Shown here one piece after another: positions 10,272 to 20,072 of a stretch of DNA of 64,000 nucleotides. Position numbers and translations under genes: made by a program. The notes below the pieces were generated by a model that did not search any database, was not told the DNA's origin, and saw only the letters and a program-made list of their open reading frames with translations. Source of the DNA: Sulfurimonas sp. (lineage in GTDB: Bacteria; Campylobacterota; Campylobacteria; Campylobacterales; Sulfurimonadaceae). Each line of letters begins with the position of its first letter. The stretch's first letter is position 1. The stretch is taken from the NCBI RefSeq assembly GCF_019429335.1, contig NZ_JAHYJB010000002.1, positions 62,343 through 126,342 on the forward strand, given 5' to 3'.

Positions 10272-10601
10272 ATGAATTTACAAGTTCATGCAAAAGGTGT
10301 AACACTTCACGCAAATACAAGAGCTCATATTGAAGCAGCGGTAGAGAGTTTTAAAAAATATTCTCTAGATATCACTACGGTACATGTTAATTTAAAAACA
10401 GAGAAAAATGGTATATTGGTAGAGTTTGACATTCATATTGCGCATGCTCAGCCTGTGGTTATCAATCAAGTGGATGATGATTTGGATACGGCAATTGACT
10501 TGGCGATAGAAAGAGCTACAAAAGCGCTTCGCCGTCTTCATGACAAAGTAATTTCGCATAACGGGGCTTCTATTAAAGAGATGGAAGTTGTGATAGACTA
10601 A
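10272..10601 (+). CDS. Short ribosome hibernation factor (HPF/RaiA, S30EA family), paralog without the C-terminal domain
   Basis: DLDTAIDLAIERATKALRRLHDK matches the S30EA helix and resembles 37242..37784. Confidence 0.8.
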   Translation: MNLQVHAKGVTLHANTRAHIEAAVESFKKYSLDITTVHVNLKTEKNGILVEFDIHIAHAQPVVINQVDDDLDTAIDLAIERATKALRRLHDKVISHNGASIKEMEVVID

Positions 10602-10604
10602 TTT

Positions 10605-11027
10605 ATGTACAGCTGGATGCTCTGGTTTCACATAATCTCTTTGGTTTCATGGTTCGCGGCTCTTTTTTACATGCCGCGCCTTTTTGTCTACCACGCCGAA
10701 AACATCGATAATGAAGGCTTTGTAAAAGTTGTTAAAATTATGGAGATGAAGATTTATAAGTATATAGGTCTTCCTGCAATGTGGGCAACGCTGATTAGCG
10801 GTGCATATCTTGCGTATGAAATCGGTTTTGGCGGCAATGGCTGGCTACATGTTAAAATAGTTTTAGTTCTTATTTTAATGGGATACTTTTTTTCACTTGG
10901 GTTTTTTAGAGAGAAATTTTTAAAAGATGAGTGTAAAAAGAGCGGGAAGTTTTTCAGAGCTTACAACGAAGTTCCGACAATTCTGCTTCTTGCTATTGTG
11001 GCATTGGTTATAATAAAACCGTTTTAA
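10605..11027 (+). CDS. hemJ: Protoporphyrinogen IX oxidase HemJ
   Basis: FHIISLVSWFAALFYMPRLFVYHAE, WLHVK, FRAYNEVPT. Confidence 0.92.
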   Translation: MYSWMLWFHIISLVSWFAALFYMPRLFVYHAENIDNEGFVKVVKIMEMKIYKYIGLPAMWATLISGAYLAYEIGFGGNGWLHVKIVLVLILMGYFFSLGFFREKFLKDECKKSGKFFRAYNEVPTILLLAIVALVIIKPF

Positions 11028-11033
11028 AAACAT

Positions 11034-11148
11034 AATTTTATAACTATACGTAGTGAACGATTCTGCAACAAATGGGTCAAATTTTGTAATTCAAAATTTG
11101 GGGTACCCATCGTGAAGCCTAAGTGAATGAGTATTAGTTATAAAAATT
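11034..11148. repeat. MITE/REP-like palindromic element between convergent hemJ and der
   Basis: Imperfect terminal inverted repeats (aattttataacta-tac / gtattagttataaaaatt); central hairpin atgggt-caaattttg-taatt-caaaatttg-gggt-acccat; internal direct repeat agtgaaYga at 11052 and 11122. Confidence 0.6.
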
Positions 11149-11168
11149 TAGAAAGTAAAAAAGTTTTT

Positions 11169-12656
11169 TTACTTCTCTCCGCGTTTTTTAGCTTTAAAGA
11201 GAACAGGTGAGCCTGTAAAGTTAAAGGCTTCTCTTAGTTTGTTTGTCAGATATCTTCTGTATGTAAAGTGAAGACCTCTTGGTTTATTCATGATAATAGC
11301 GATTTTTGGCGGTCTTGTCTCATACTGTGTCGCATAGTAGATTCTAATTACCTGTCCGCGCATACTTGGAAGTTGATGGCGGATAAGCGCTCTCTCCAGT
11401 ACAACATTTAGTTCGGATGTTTTAATATGCTGCGTGTAGTTGTCGTTTATCTCTAAAATCATATCAAAAAGCTTATCGACACGTCTGTGTGATTTTGCAG
11501 ATAGCGTAATGATTGGCGCATATGATAAGAACTTAAATCTATCACGGACCTCTTGGATGATTTTGTCATAATCTTCTCTGTTTGCAATATCCCATTTGTT
11601 TAAAACGATAATACATGCAAGGCGGTTGCTGTCAACTAAACCTGCAATTTTCTCATCAAGGTCCAAAAGCGGCTCGCTCGCATCTAAAACAACAAGTGCC
11701 ATGTTGGAGTTTTCAAGCATCTCTTTTGTACGCATTAGAGCAAATTTCTCGATACCAACGATTTTGCCGCGTCTTCTTAATCCTGCAGTATCAACGAAAG
11801 TGAGCTGTTTATCTTTGTACTCGATGCTCTCATCAATCGGGTCGATTGTAGTTCCCGCAACGCTGCTTACAACAGAACGTTCTTCGCCTAAAAGTGCATT
11901 AAGAAGTGAGCTTTTACCGACATTTGTACGTCCGATGATAGAGATTTTTATATGGTTTGCATCTTCTGGATTGTACTCTTTGATTTTGTCGTTTTGCGCA
12001 AAAATGGAGTCATCTGCAAACTCCTCTTCCTCTTCATCCTCGTCTGTATAAAAAAAGTTGTCATCCTCTTCCTCTTCGTTATAAGCATCATTATCAAAGT
12101 CATATTCGCTATCATCTTCTTCTACGATGTTTACGTCATCCTCTTCACCCTCTTCTTTGATGATGTCTTCTTCGGGCAATCTGTCATAAATCCACTCTAA
12201 AAGAGAGTTTACGCTCCTGTTGTGAGAGACAGAGATTCCAAATATGGCATCAGTTCCAAACTCGTAAAAGTCCCAAAGATTATCTTTTAGCTTGTCGTTA
12301 TCGATTTTATTAACGACTAACGCTACCTCTTTACCTAGAGTTTGAAGCTCGTAAAAGAGTTTTTTGTCACCATCTTCCGGGATGCTTTTCCCATCCACCA
12401 TAAACAGAATGATGTCCGCTTTTTTTGCGGCTTCAAGTGATTTTTCTTTGATTTTGTCAAAAAGTTCGCACCCTTGATCAAGCCCGCCTGTGTCTAAAAG
12501 TAGTGCGGCTTTGTTTAAGATGACTACATCTCGTCTCTTAACATCTCTTGTTGTTCCTGCTAGATCGGATGTAATAGCGTCTCTTTTTTTGACAAGTCTG
12601 TTAAAAAGTGAGCTTTTGCCAACATTTGGACGACCGATTATTGCGATTTTTTTCAT
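11169..12656 (-). CDS. der: Ribosome biogenesis GTPase Der (EngA)
   Basis: Two G-domains (GRPNVGKS/DTGG and GRTNVGKS/DTAG) and a C-terminal KH-like domain; long acidic linker. Confidence 0.97.
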   Translation of the reverse strand: MKKIAIIGRPNVGKSSLFNRLVKKRDAITSDLAGTTRDVKRRDVVILNKAALLLDTGGLDQGCELFDKIKEKSLEAAKKADIILFMVDGKSIPEDGDKKLFYELQTLGKEVALVVNKIDNDKLKDNLWDFYEFGTDAIFGISVSHNRSVNSLLEWIYDRLPEEDIIKEEGEEDDVNIVEEDDSEYDFDNDAYNEEEEDDNFFYTDEDEEEEEFADDSIFAQNDKIKEYNPEDANHIKISIIGRTNVGKSSLLNALLGEERSVVSSVAGTTIDPIDESIEYKDKQLTFVDTAGLRRRGKIVGIEKFALMRTKEMLENSNMALVVLDASEPLLDLDEKIAGLVDSNRLACIIVLNKWDIANREDYDKIIQEVRDRFKFLSYAPIITLSAKSHRRVDKLFDMILEINDNYTQHIKTSELNVVLERALIRHQLPSMRGQVIRIYYATQYETRPPKIAIIMNKPRGLHFTYRRYLTNKLREAFNFTGSPVLFKAKKRGEK

Positions 12657-12779
12657 ATTTTTTTTGCCTAGGTGAAGAAAATTTATGTAGTTTATTTGGA
12701 ATTATACCGAAATATAAGAGGAATTTTAGATTCATAAAAAACTAGCTTATAGAGGATTATAAGCTAGCGGAAAAATTTC

Positions 12780-13358
12780 CTACTCTGTAGGAAAATCTTT
12801 TTCAAGTTCTTCTAGTGCATTTTTTGCTTTGAACTGCTGCCAGAGAGCTTGGTCGTTTTTGAAACTTGTTTTCATATTGTTTTTAATCTGCTCATTTGCA
12901 GAGTTTTGAGAAACTGTTACTAACATATAGATTGCGCCGGATGGAGCGGTCCACATATCAACAGCTTTTGAACCGACCAAGTCAACCTTAGCTACCTGCT
13001 TAGTTACAGTCTCGATTGCTTTATCAACAGTCTCGCCGCCTCCAACGCCCGTTGTTCCTGTGTAAATAGTGATTTTATCTTTAACTTGAGACTGAATCTG
13101 CTGTGCCAAATCCGAGCGGCCGTTTGCTAGAGCTACTCTTCTCATATGGTCCATTCCCGCAGCACTTTTCTCAGCTATGCCAACACCGGCGTAAGAGTCT
13201 TCAACAGTTGGTATACAACTCCATGTAGGAGCTGTTACGTTCTCTTGTTTACATTGAAAATCAGGTCTATCTTCTCCAACTTTAACTTCCTTGCTACAGC
13301 CCGTTATCGTAACAAAAAGCAGGGCTGCTAACGCAATTGACGACATGGTTTTAATCAT
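12780..13358 (-). CDS. LPP20-family lipoprotein
   Basis: Lipobox ITGC; ALANGRSDLAQQIQSQVK motif. Confidence 0.8.
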   Translation of the reverse strand: MIKTMSSIALAALLFVTITGCSKEVKVGEDRPDFQCKQENVTAPTWSCIPTVEDSYAGVGIAEKSAAGMDHMRRVALANGRSDLAQQIQSQVKDKITIYTGTTGVGGGETVDKAIETVTKQVAKVDLVGSKAVDMWTAPSGAIYMLVTVSQNSANEQIKNNMKTSFKNDQALWQQFKAKNALEELEKDFPTE

Positions 13359-13444
13359 TCTTAATCTCCTTTTTTTTCCAAAATCATTGTAGCAGTTTTC
13401 ATCTTAAACAATATTTACCAACTAAAGATGCCCTAAAGTAGCTT

Positions 13445-14425
13445 TTATTTCTCAAACCCTATAAAATCAAATAGGCTGAGCTTTTTTATTTTTCTCTTCA
13501 TGTCCGCAGAAGCATGCTCTTTTGCGTCTTGAAAATCTTTAGCCGACTGCCCGACAAACGTGTGTTGTCTAAACGCAAGCTGCTTATTTTCATTATCAAA
13601 GGTTGTAAATTTAATCAGCGATTTTGATTGTAAAAAGTTGTAATTTTGTACTTCGGATGTCTCAGAAGTTATAAGCAGTTTTACTGAGTTCTTGTCATCA
13701 AGCGAGTTCTTTGTGCTAAGACCCTTTTGCTTAATGGCAGCTCTTATATTGTGTGCAAAAATTCTTGAGTTTGCATCGGAGAGGAGATAGATATTTATGG
13801 CTGATTTTAGGTAGTCGTACTCATCTTTTATCTCTTTTAGGAATTTAAACTCGTTCTCTGCGTTGTATGAGTGGAGCAGAAATTTTTTATATCCGACAAG
13901 TGCCGCAACCCTTGGAAAATCCTCCATCAGCTCATCAAGTAGGGCAAATTTTTTTATGGTTATGCTTGTTTTGCGGAGAGTATACGCCTCTCTTAGTCGT
14001 AAAAACTGCAAATCGGAGATAGGTTTTATCTTCTCAAAGAGCTCAGCTCTTGGTATACTGATAAGAACAAGTTCTCTCCCTTTAAATCTTGTGGATTTCT
14101 CCAATTTTATATTTTGCAGCGAGAGTTTTTTTGATATCTCTAGGGTATGTTTGGAGATTTTTTCAAGTGTTTCATTCTCGAGAGGCTGCAGAGGATGCTC
14201 TTTATCTTTAAACTTACCAGCCACCTTTGCGCCTAAACTCTCCGCCATCGACTCAATTGCCGCTTTTGTTGAATTATCTTTACTATCAGAAGCACCGACT
14301 GCGTAGTAGAGTTTTGAATCACTCGGCACATTTGTATACCACTCTGGTGCAACCTCCGGCTTTGGAGCGGAACATCCGGCAATAATAGCGACAATAAATA
14401 GTGAGAGAAAAATATTTTTATACAT
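13445..14425 (-). CDS. LPP20-domain lipoprotein
   Basis: Start MYKNIF at 14425 with AAGGAG; lipobox IAGC; PEWY...YYAVGAS. Confidence 0.72.
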   Translation of the reverse strand: MYKNIFLSLFIVAIIAGCSAPKPEVAPEWYTNVPSDSKLYYAVGASDSKDNSTKAAIESMAESLGAKVAGKFKDKEHPLQPLENETLEKISKHTLEISKKLSLQNIKLEKSTRFKGRELVLISIPRAELFEKIKPISDLQFLRLREAYTLRKTSITIKKFALLDELMEDFPRVAALVGYKKFLLHSYNAENEFKFLKEIKDEYDYLKSAINIYLLSDANSRIFAHNIRAAIKQKGLSTKNSLDDKNSVKLLITSETSEVQNYNFLQSKSLIKFTTFDNENKQLAFRQHTFVGQSAKDFQDAKEHASADMKRKIKKLSLFDFIGFEK

Positions 14426-14486
14426 AAAATACTCCTTGTTTATAGGAAATTTTATCAAAAGAGTTTTAAGATTGTATAATGTCGCC

Positions 14487-14930
14487 ATGAAATATTACAG
14501 TTATGAAAATTTTAAAAACGATACAAAAATTCTGATAGACAAAGTTAGAGACTCTAACTTTGAAGCAATAGTTGCAGTAGCAAGAGGAGGGCTTACCCTC
14601 TCTCATGCAATATCTGAGAGTCTAGAGATACGCCAAGTTCAGAGTATTAGAACAGAACTTTACGACAAGAGCAAAAAAAGAGAAAATATCACTATCTTTG
14701 GAGCGTGCGAATTTAAAAATATAAAGCGCGTGTTGGTGGTGGATGATATCTCAGACAGCGGCGACACTCTTAGCGCGGTAATGAACTCGCTTAATGAAGA
14801 GTTTAAAGATATTGAGTTTAAATCAGCAACTCTTTTTTATAAAAAAACATCTATTTATGAACCTGATTTTTGGATAAATGAAGCTGAGGGGTGGATTGAT
14901 TTTTTTTGGGAGAGAGATTTTTTAAAATAA
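14487..14930 (+). CDS. Type I phosphoribosyltransferase (purine PRT-like)
   Basis: AVARGG and VLVVDDISDSGDT PRPP-binding motif; TATAAT (14475-14480) ends 6 nt before ATG 14487. Confidence 0.88.
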   Translation: MKYYSYENFKNDTKILIDKVRDSNFEAIVAVARGGLTLSHAISESLEIRQVQSIRTELYDKSKKRENITIFGACEFKNIKRVLVVDDISDSGDTLSAVMNSLNEEFKDIEFKSATLFYKKTSIYEPDFWINEAEGWIDFFWERDFLK

Positions 14931-14944
14931 TCTCTCGCTTTTTT
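14912..14944. terminator. Probable intrinsic terminator between convergent PRT and djlA-like genes
   Basis: Stem gagagatt (14912-14919) / aatctctc (14929-14936), followed by gc and a T-run. Confidence 0.5.
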
Positions 14945-14948
14945 AGAG

Positions 14949-15701
14949 CTATTTTTTGTGCGCCTTTATCATCTCGTATGCCTGATTTATCTCTTGTGTT
15001 TTTGCGGTTGCCTCTTGCATGTAAGCATCGTCTCTGCCTTGAGATTTTATGATGTCCGGATGGTACTCTCTAATTAGTTTTCTATACGCTTTTTTAATGG
15101 TATCTATATCATCGCTCTCATTTACGCCTAAGAGTTTATAGGCATCGCCCACATTTACTTTTGGCTTTATGTTGTGAACCATCTTTTCAAACTGCTCAAA
15201 TATTGCATGATAAGCATTTGGGTCAAACTCAAACGCCTCGGCGATTACCGCTAAAATCTCCTCTTCGCTTTTGCTAACCTCTCCGTCTACAAAAGAGAGC
15301 TGGATTAAAAATCCCATAAACTGATGCTGTTTTGCTCTGTCTCTTTTTATAGCACGGCCAAGAGTGCGAGCGATATCTTCTAAGTTGTCAAACCTATCTT
15401 TTTGTTTGTTAAATATCTCTTTTAAGATATCTTTTGTTTTTTGCGGTTCTGGAAATATGGCAGATATATCATCAAACATGATGCCAACCAGCTCTGCCTC
15501 AAGCGCATCAACTTTTCCGTCGGCTTTAGCAACTTTTGCAACGAGTGCTACAAAAAGACCTAAGTCGCTATGCTCAATCGACTCTTTGCTAATAGAGAAG
15601 TTTTTAAACGCCTCTTTTGAGTAGTCCGTATATTTTGAGTAGCTCTTAAATATCCAGTAAAAAAAGAGCCCTAAAATCGTAAATAGTACTATATTTCCCA
15701 T
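14949..15701 (-). CDS. djlA: DjlA-like co-chaperone (TM + TerB-like + C-terminal J domain)
   Basis: N-terminal TM; KVAKADGKV (TerB-like); AYKLLGV...YHPD J-domain. Confidence 0.82.
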   Translation of the reverse strand: MGNIVLFTILGLFFYWIFKSYSKYTDYSKEAFKNFSISKESIEHSDLGLFVALVAKVAKADGKVDALEAELVGIMFDDISAIFPEPQKTKDILKEIFNKQKDRFDNLEDIARTLGRAIKRDRAKQHQFMGFLIQLSFVDGEVSKSEEEILAVIAEAFEFDPNAYHAIFEQFEKMVHNIKPKVNVGDAYKLLGVNESDDIDTIKKAYRKLIREYHPDIIKSQGRDDAYMQEATAKTQEINQAYEMIKAHKK

Positions 15702-15739
15702 CTATATCCTTTTTTTGAATTTAAAATTATAAACCGTAA

Positions 15740-16531
15740 TCAGTTTGATATTTCGTGGCTGACTCTGATGGCCATCATCTTGCCAATCCAGAATATTTCA
15801 TCAAGCAGACCCTCTTTTAAAAAGCCGTCACTATCGTAAGCGATGAGAACATCCACTATCTTGTCATTTTTGTCCAGCGGTTCTACATGTAGATTATATA
15901 TATCTTGAACACCGCCGGAAAAGTTTGAGAGGGCAGCCTCTTTGTTTTGCCCCGAAAGACATCTGTACGAGATGTTATTTTTATCGTTATTCGCTCCGAT
16001 TGCTAAAAGAGTATGGTTTTTTTCTTCATCAGAGCAGCCATACTTGCTGTTTAAATATGCGCTTAGTGTGTCATTGCCTATAAATGTTTCAAGTGTTTCC
16101 TCTTTTTTTGATTTCTCTTCTACTTCTCGCGTGACAATTTGGAAGCTTTTTGTATCAAAGCCTGTTTTATTTACGATTTTTGTCTTCTCTTCAACAAGTC
16201 TGACCTCCTTGCTTTCATGGTCAAAGTAGTATGTCTGCACCCTATTTTCCCTTGTTGTATTTTTTGTTTTTATAAAAATATACGGAATATATATGCCGTT
16301 AATAATTTTGCCTCTGCTAGTAAAGGTCTCAACCCTTTTTTTTAAAAGTGCTGCTGCTATATCTATTGTTTTTGCTAGAAGGTTTGCTTCATACTCATCA
16401 CCGTTTTCACTAAGCGTAAAATCAGCATAGCCGACATGTCCAAACATAGTAACATGTACATCGTAGCGCATTGAGACTTCCCGCGCGAAAATAGAGCTTG
16501 TCAATAGAAGCAGAATAAGTAAAATTTTCAT
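15740..16531 (-). CDS. Exported hypothetical protein (DUF3108-like, tentative)
   Basis: Start MKILLILLLL at 16531 with AAGGAG; signal peptide; beta-rich sequence. Confidence 0.65.
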   Translation of the reverse strand: MKILLILLLLTSSIFAREVSMRYDVHVTMFGHVGYADFTLSENGDEYEANLLAKTIDIAAALLKKRVETFTSRGKIINGIYIPYIFIKTKNTTRENRVQTYYFDHESKEVRLVEEKTKIVNKTGFDTKSFQIVTREVEEKSKKEETLETFIGNDTLSAYLNSKYGCSDEEKNHTLLAIGANNDKNNISYRCLSGQNKEAALSNFSGGVQDIYNLHVEPLDKNDKIVDVLIAYDSDGFLKEGLLDEIFWIGKMMAIRVSHEISN

Positions 16532-16605
16532 AAAACTCCTTTTTAATAGATTTTGCATTATGCCTAAATATATATTTAATTATAATATAGGATTATAGAG
16601 ACGCG

Positions 16606-17658
16606 TTATTTATCTAATTTTCCAAAATAAAAATCAACATAAAAGTTCACTGCATAGTTTGCCTCATACTCATACTGTCTATGAAAACTGATTCCGGGTT
16701 GAACCTCAAGAGTAATCCATTTGCGAAAAATATTTTGGCGCCAAGATGCAAAAGTTGCATAGTTGCTTATCCCGCTATATGGTTCAGGTGCTATTTCGCA
16801 GACATATTTTGAGTTCCCCCAAAACTGCTGTGAGATGCTAAATCCTTTTTTTTTAGAGAGGGTAAGATAGTAGGAGAGTGCAGCTGAATAATCAAATCCA
16901 TCTATATGTGATTGCGTTTTTCTGTGTAGCGTTGTTCTAAAAATTGAGTTTGTTTCAAGACGTTTGTCAAAATATATATTTGTCTCTTCGCTCCACTCGG
17001 ATTTTATAGAGTACTTAAACTGCTGAGATGGCTGGATAAGCCACCCGATGGCACTAAAATCTTTAGAGTATCTGGCTTTGGCATAAGGGGTGAAACTGCT
17101 GATACCAATTGAATATTTTGATTTTATATCTTTGTAAACTGGCGCGAAGAAGTTGATTCCTACCTCGGTTTTTTTCTCTTTTACCTCGGTAGAGGTGGTT
17201 GTATCGAAGTAGTTTTTTTCAACATCGCCGACGAAAATCTGAAAGCTTTTTTTTGTTCTGCTAAGCGGTATTTGAGCTCTTATTTTGTATTTAAATTCAG
17301 CTGGTTCTTTTGATTGAAATTCAGAGCCTAAGCGTATGCGAAGAAAACTTGCCTCAGTATCATCAATAAATTTATCGCTTTTGAAAAATGCGTCTATTGA
17401 ACCTTGGTCTTGAAAAAAATCTTCATTAAGCTTGTTTGCAATATCGTCACATGTGATATTTTCATCATCATCATCATCTATCCAGCCGCTAATTCCGCTA
17501 TCAAGAGTGTCAAATAAGTTCGTGACCGTTTTTGAGAAATTTTTCTGGTTTTCATCAATATATTCAGCAAATGTTCGCTCTGAGATATTGTCATCTTGGG
17601 CTGCGTTAAGAAAGAGCATTGTTATATAGAAAAAAAGAGTTGCTAACCTCCACACCAT
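16606..17658 (-). CDS. Exported hypothetical protein, possible outer-membrane beta-barrel
   Basis: Start MVWRL at 17658 with AGGAGG; signal peptide; alternating aromatic strands ending YAVNFYVDFYF. Confidence 0.62.
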   Translation of the reverse strand: MVWRLATLFFYITMLFLNAAQDDNISERTFAEYIDENQKNFSKTVTNLFDTLDSGISGWIDDDDDENITCDDIANKLNEDFFQDQGSIDAFFKSDKFIDDTEASFLRIRLGSEFQSKEPAEFKYKIRAQIPLSRTKKSFQIFVGDVEKNYFDTTTSTEVKEKKTEVGINFFAPVYKDIKSKYSIGISSFTPYAKARYSKDFSAIGWLIQPSQQFKYSIKSEWSEETNIYFDKRLETNSIFRTTLHRKTQSHIDGFDYSAALSYYLTLSKKKGFSISQQFWGNSKYVCEIAPEPYSGISNYATFASWRQNIFRKWITLEVQPGISFHRQYEYEANYAVNFYVDFYFGKLDK

Positions 17659-17727
17659 TGAGCCTCCTACGCACATATAAATTATTATAGCCAATTTCAA
17701 TTAAAAAAGGTGGGTATACTTTCGCTT

Positions 17728-18615
17728 ATGAAACCAATAAGAGAATTAAACAGCGGCGTAAAATATATGCTCTTTGCATCATTTCTATTTGCAATTATGG
17801 GCGCATTTGCAAAACTTGCCTCTGAGCATATGAGCTCGCTTGAAGTTGTATTTTTCAGAAATATTTTCGGCGTAATATTTATAGGTTACGCTCTTTACAA
17901 AACTCCAATGGTGCAAAAAGGCGGAAGACCTTTTTTGCTTTTTTTCAGGGGCTTGATGGGATTTTTGGCACTTTTGGCATATTTTTATAATATTGCCCAT
18001 ATTCCCCTTGGAGATGCCGTTACATTTTCAAAAACAGCGCCCATTTTTACCGCTATTTTCGCTTGGCTTTTTTTAAATGAGAAGCTCACGCTAAACGCTT
18101 GGTTTGCGATTGTAATCGGCTTTTGCGGAATTCTTTTGATAACTCAGCCATCCGGAATAGGATTTACAAAGTATGACATACTGGGAATTTTCAGCGGAGT
18201 AGGTGCCGCGCTTGCATACACTTCCATTCGCGAGCTTAAAAACTACTACGACACAAGAATGATAGTGCTCTCTTTTACGTTTGTTGGGACAGTGGGTCCA
18301 ATAGCGCTTTTTATCCTCTCAAAATATTTCTATATCTCAGAACTTGATTTTATATTGGGTGAGTTTGTTATGCCCAGCGGAGTTGTCTGGTTCTATGTCA
18401 TCGGACTTGGAAGCTTGGGAACACTCTCTCAGTACTACATGACAAAGGCTTACAGCGAGACGAAAGCAGGAATTGTCGGTGCCGTAAGCTACACAAACAT
18501 AGTATTTGCGATTTTAGTCGGGCTAATGCTCGGCGACGCTCCTCCAAGCGCTGTGACCGCATGTGGAATAGCTCTTATAGTAGCGGCCGGAATTATGGTA
18601 GCAAAGGCAAAATGA
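17728..18615 (+). CDS. DMT/EamA family transporter
   Basis: About ten hydrophobic segments in two EamA repeats; TATACT ends 7 nt before ATG 17728. Confidence 0.88.
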   Translation: MKPIRELNSGVKYMLFASFLFAIMGAFAKLASEHMSSLEVVFFRNIFGVIFIGYALYKTPMVQKGGRPFLLFFRGLMGFLALLAYFYNIAHIPLGDAVTFSKTAPIFTAIFAWLFLNEKLTLNAWFAIVIGFCGILLITQPSGIGFTKYDILGIFSGVGAALAYTSIRELKNYYDTRMIVLSFTFVGTVGPIALFILSKYFYISELDFILGEFVMPSGVVWFYVIGLGSLGTLSQYYMTKAYSETKAGIVGAVSYTNIVFAILVGLMLGDAPPSAVTACGIALIVAAGIMVAKAK

Positions 18616-18624
18616 TTTTACTTA

Positions 18625-18633
18625 TGATATAAT
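18625..18633 (+). promoter_or_regulatory. Extended -10 promoter, probably driving kdsA-ribH-nusB
   Basis: TG-A-TATAAT perfect match. Confidence 0.55.
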
Positions 18634-18699
18634 CGCTTCCTATTTTTAATAACTGGCATTGCGCACTTTTTCATAAAAATGTGTAAAAATATATTTTAG

Positions 18700-18797
18700 T
18701 TCTCGAAAAACAAAGTTTTTCGTAGCTTTAGGGGGTTGTAGGGACTTTAGTCCCTGCCGCCTAAACGGACGTGTTCGTTTAGGTGCGTAACATCAGT
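18700..18797 (+). repeat. Structured three-hairpin interspersed element, copy 1 (in the kdsA leader)
   Basis: Near-identical to 20648..20744; core cgtagctttagggggttgtagggac...gtccctgcc...cggacg.gttcgttt...tgcgtaacatcagt. Confidence 0.85.
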
Positions 18798-18812
18798 TAA
18801 AAAGGCAAACAG

Positions 18813-19604
18813 ATGAAATTACTCGCCGGACCTTGCGTCATAGAGAGCGAAGAGAATATTTTTAAAATCGCTAAAGCTTTAGAGATTTATCAAAATGACA
18901 GTTCCATTGACTTTTATTTTAAATCCTCTTTTGATAAAGCCAATCGTACATCACTCGATAGTTTTCGCGGATTGGGCATAGAAGAGGGACTTAGAATTTT
19001 AGAAAAAGTCAAAAACGATTTTGGCTACAAAGTTGTAACGGATGTACATGAGTCGCATCAGGTGGCTCAAGTTGCCGAAGTTGTCGATATGCTTCAAATC
19101 CCAGCATTTTTATGTCGTCAAACAGACCTTTTGGTTGCATGTGCAAAAACTACAAAAGAGGTAAATATCAAAAAAGGGCAGTTTATAAATCCGCCAGATA
19201 TGCGCTACTCTATAGCAAAAGTGCTTAAAACCCGTGGCTGTGATGAGGTGAGTTATGAGGCTTCAAAAAAACACGGAGTTTATCTCTGTGAGAGAGGAAG
19301 CTCATTTGGCTACGGAAACATCGTCGTGGATATGCGCGCACTTGTTATCATGAGAGAGTTTGCACCGACTATTTTTGATGCAACGCACTCCGTTCAAGCT
19401 CCGGGTGCACTTGGCGGAAAAACTGGCGGAGACAGAACAATGGTTCCTTATTTGGCAAGTGCAGCGGCAGCAGTAGGAGTGGACGGTTTCTTTTTTGAGA
19501 CGCACTTTGACCCAAGTATCGCACTTAGTGACGGACCAAATATGATAAAATTAGACGAGCTGGAAGCTCTAATAAATAAAATTAAAAAAATACGGGAGAT
19601 ATAG
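18813..19604 (+). CDS. kdsA: KDO 8-phosphate synthase
   Basis: [42 protein letters not shown]. Confidence 0.97.
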   Translation: MKLLAGPCVIESEENIFKIAKALEIYQNDSSIDFYFKSSFDKANRTSLDSFRGLGIEEGLRILEKVKNDFGYKVVTDVHESHQVAQVAEVVDMLQIPAFLCRQTDLLVACAKTTKEVNIKKGQFINPPDMRYSIAKVLKTRGCDEVSYEASKKHGVYLCERGSSFGYGNIVVDMRALVIMREFAPTIFDATHSVQAPGALGGKTGGDRTMVPYLASAAAAVGVDGFFFETHFDPSIALSDGPNMIKLDELEALINKIKKIREI

Positions 19605-19605
19605 A

Positions 19606-20070
19606 ATGAATTTAATCGAAGGCAAATTAAAAGTAGTAAATGGCAAGAAGATTGCTATAGTAAGTACGAGATGGAATCACTTTATTGTTGATAGACTTGT
19701 TGAGGGCGCAAAGGATGCATTCGCTCGTCATGGCGGAGATGATGCTGATTTGACACATGTTTTGGTTCCGGGAGCATTTGAACTTCCAATGATAATTGAC
19801 CGGCTTCTGGCTAGCAAAAAATATGACGCAATCTGTGCACTTGGCGCTGTTATCCGCGGAGCAACTCCTCACTTTGACTATGTTTCGGCCGAGGCAACAA
19901 AAGGGATAGCGACAATGAGCCTAAAGTATCAAAAACCTGTATCCTTCGGGCTTTTGACAACCGACACAATCGAGCAGGCAATCGAGAGAGCGGGCACAAA
20001 AGCAGGAAACAAAGGTTTTGAAGCGATGACGGTTGTTGTCGAGATGTTAGACCTTTATGAGAACTTATAA
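19606..20070 (+). CDS. ribH: 6,7-dimethyl-8-ribityllumazine synthase
   Basis: [31 protein letters not shown]. Confidence 0.97.
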   Translation: MNLIEGKLKVVNGKKIAIVSTRWNHFIVDRLVEGAKDAFARHGGDDADLTHVLVPGAFELPMIIDRLLASKKYDAICALGAVIRGATPHFDYVSAEATKGIATMSLKYQKPVSFGLLTTDTIEQAIERAGTKAGNKGFEAMTVVVEMLDLYENL

Positions 20071-20072
20071 AA

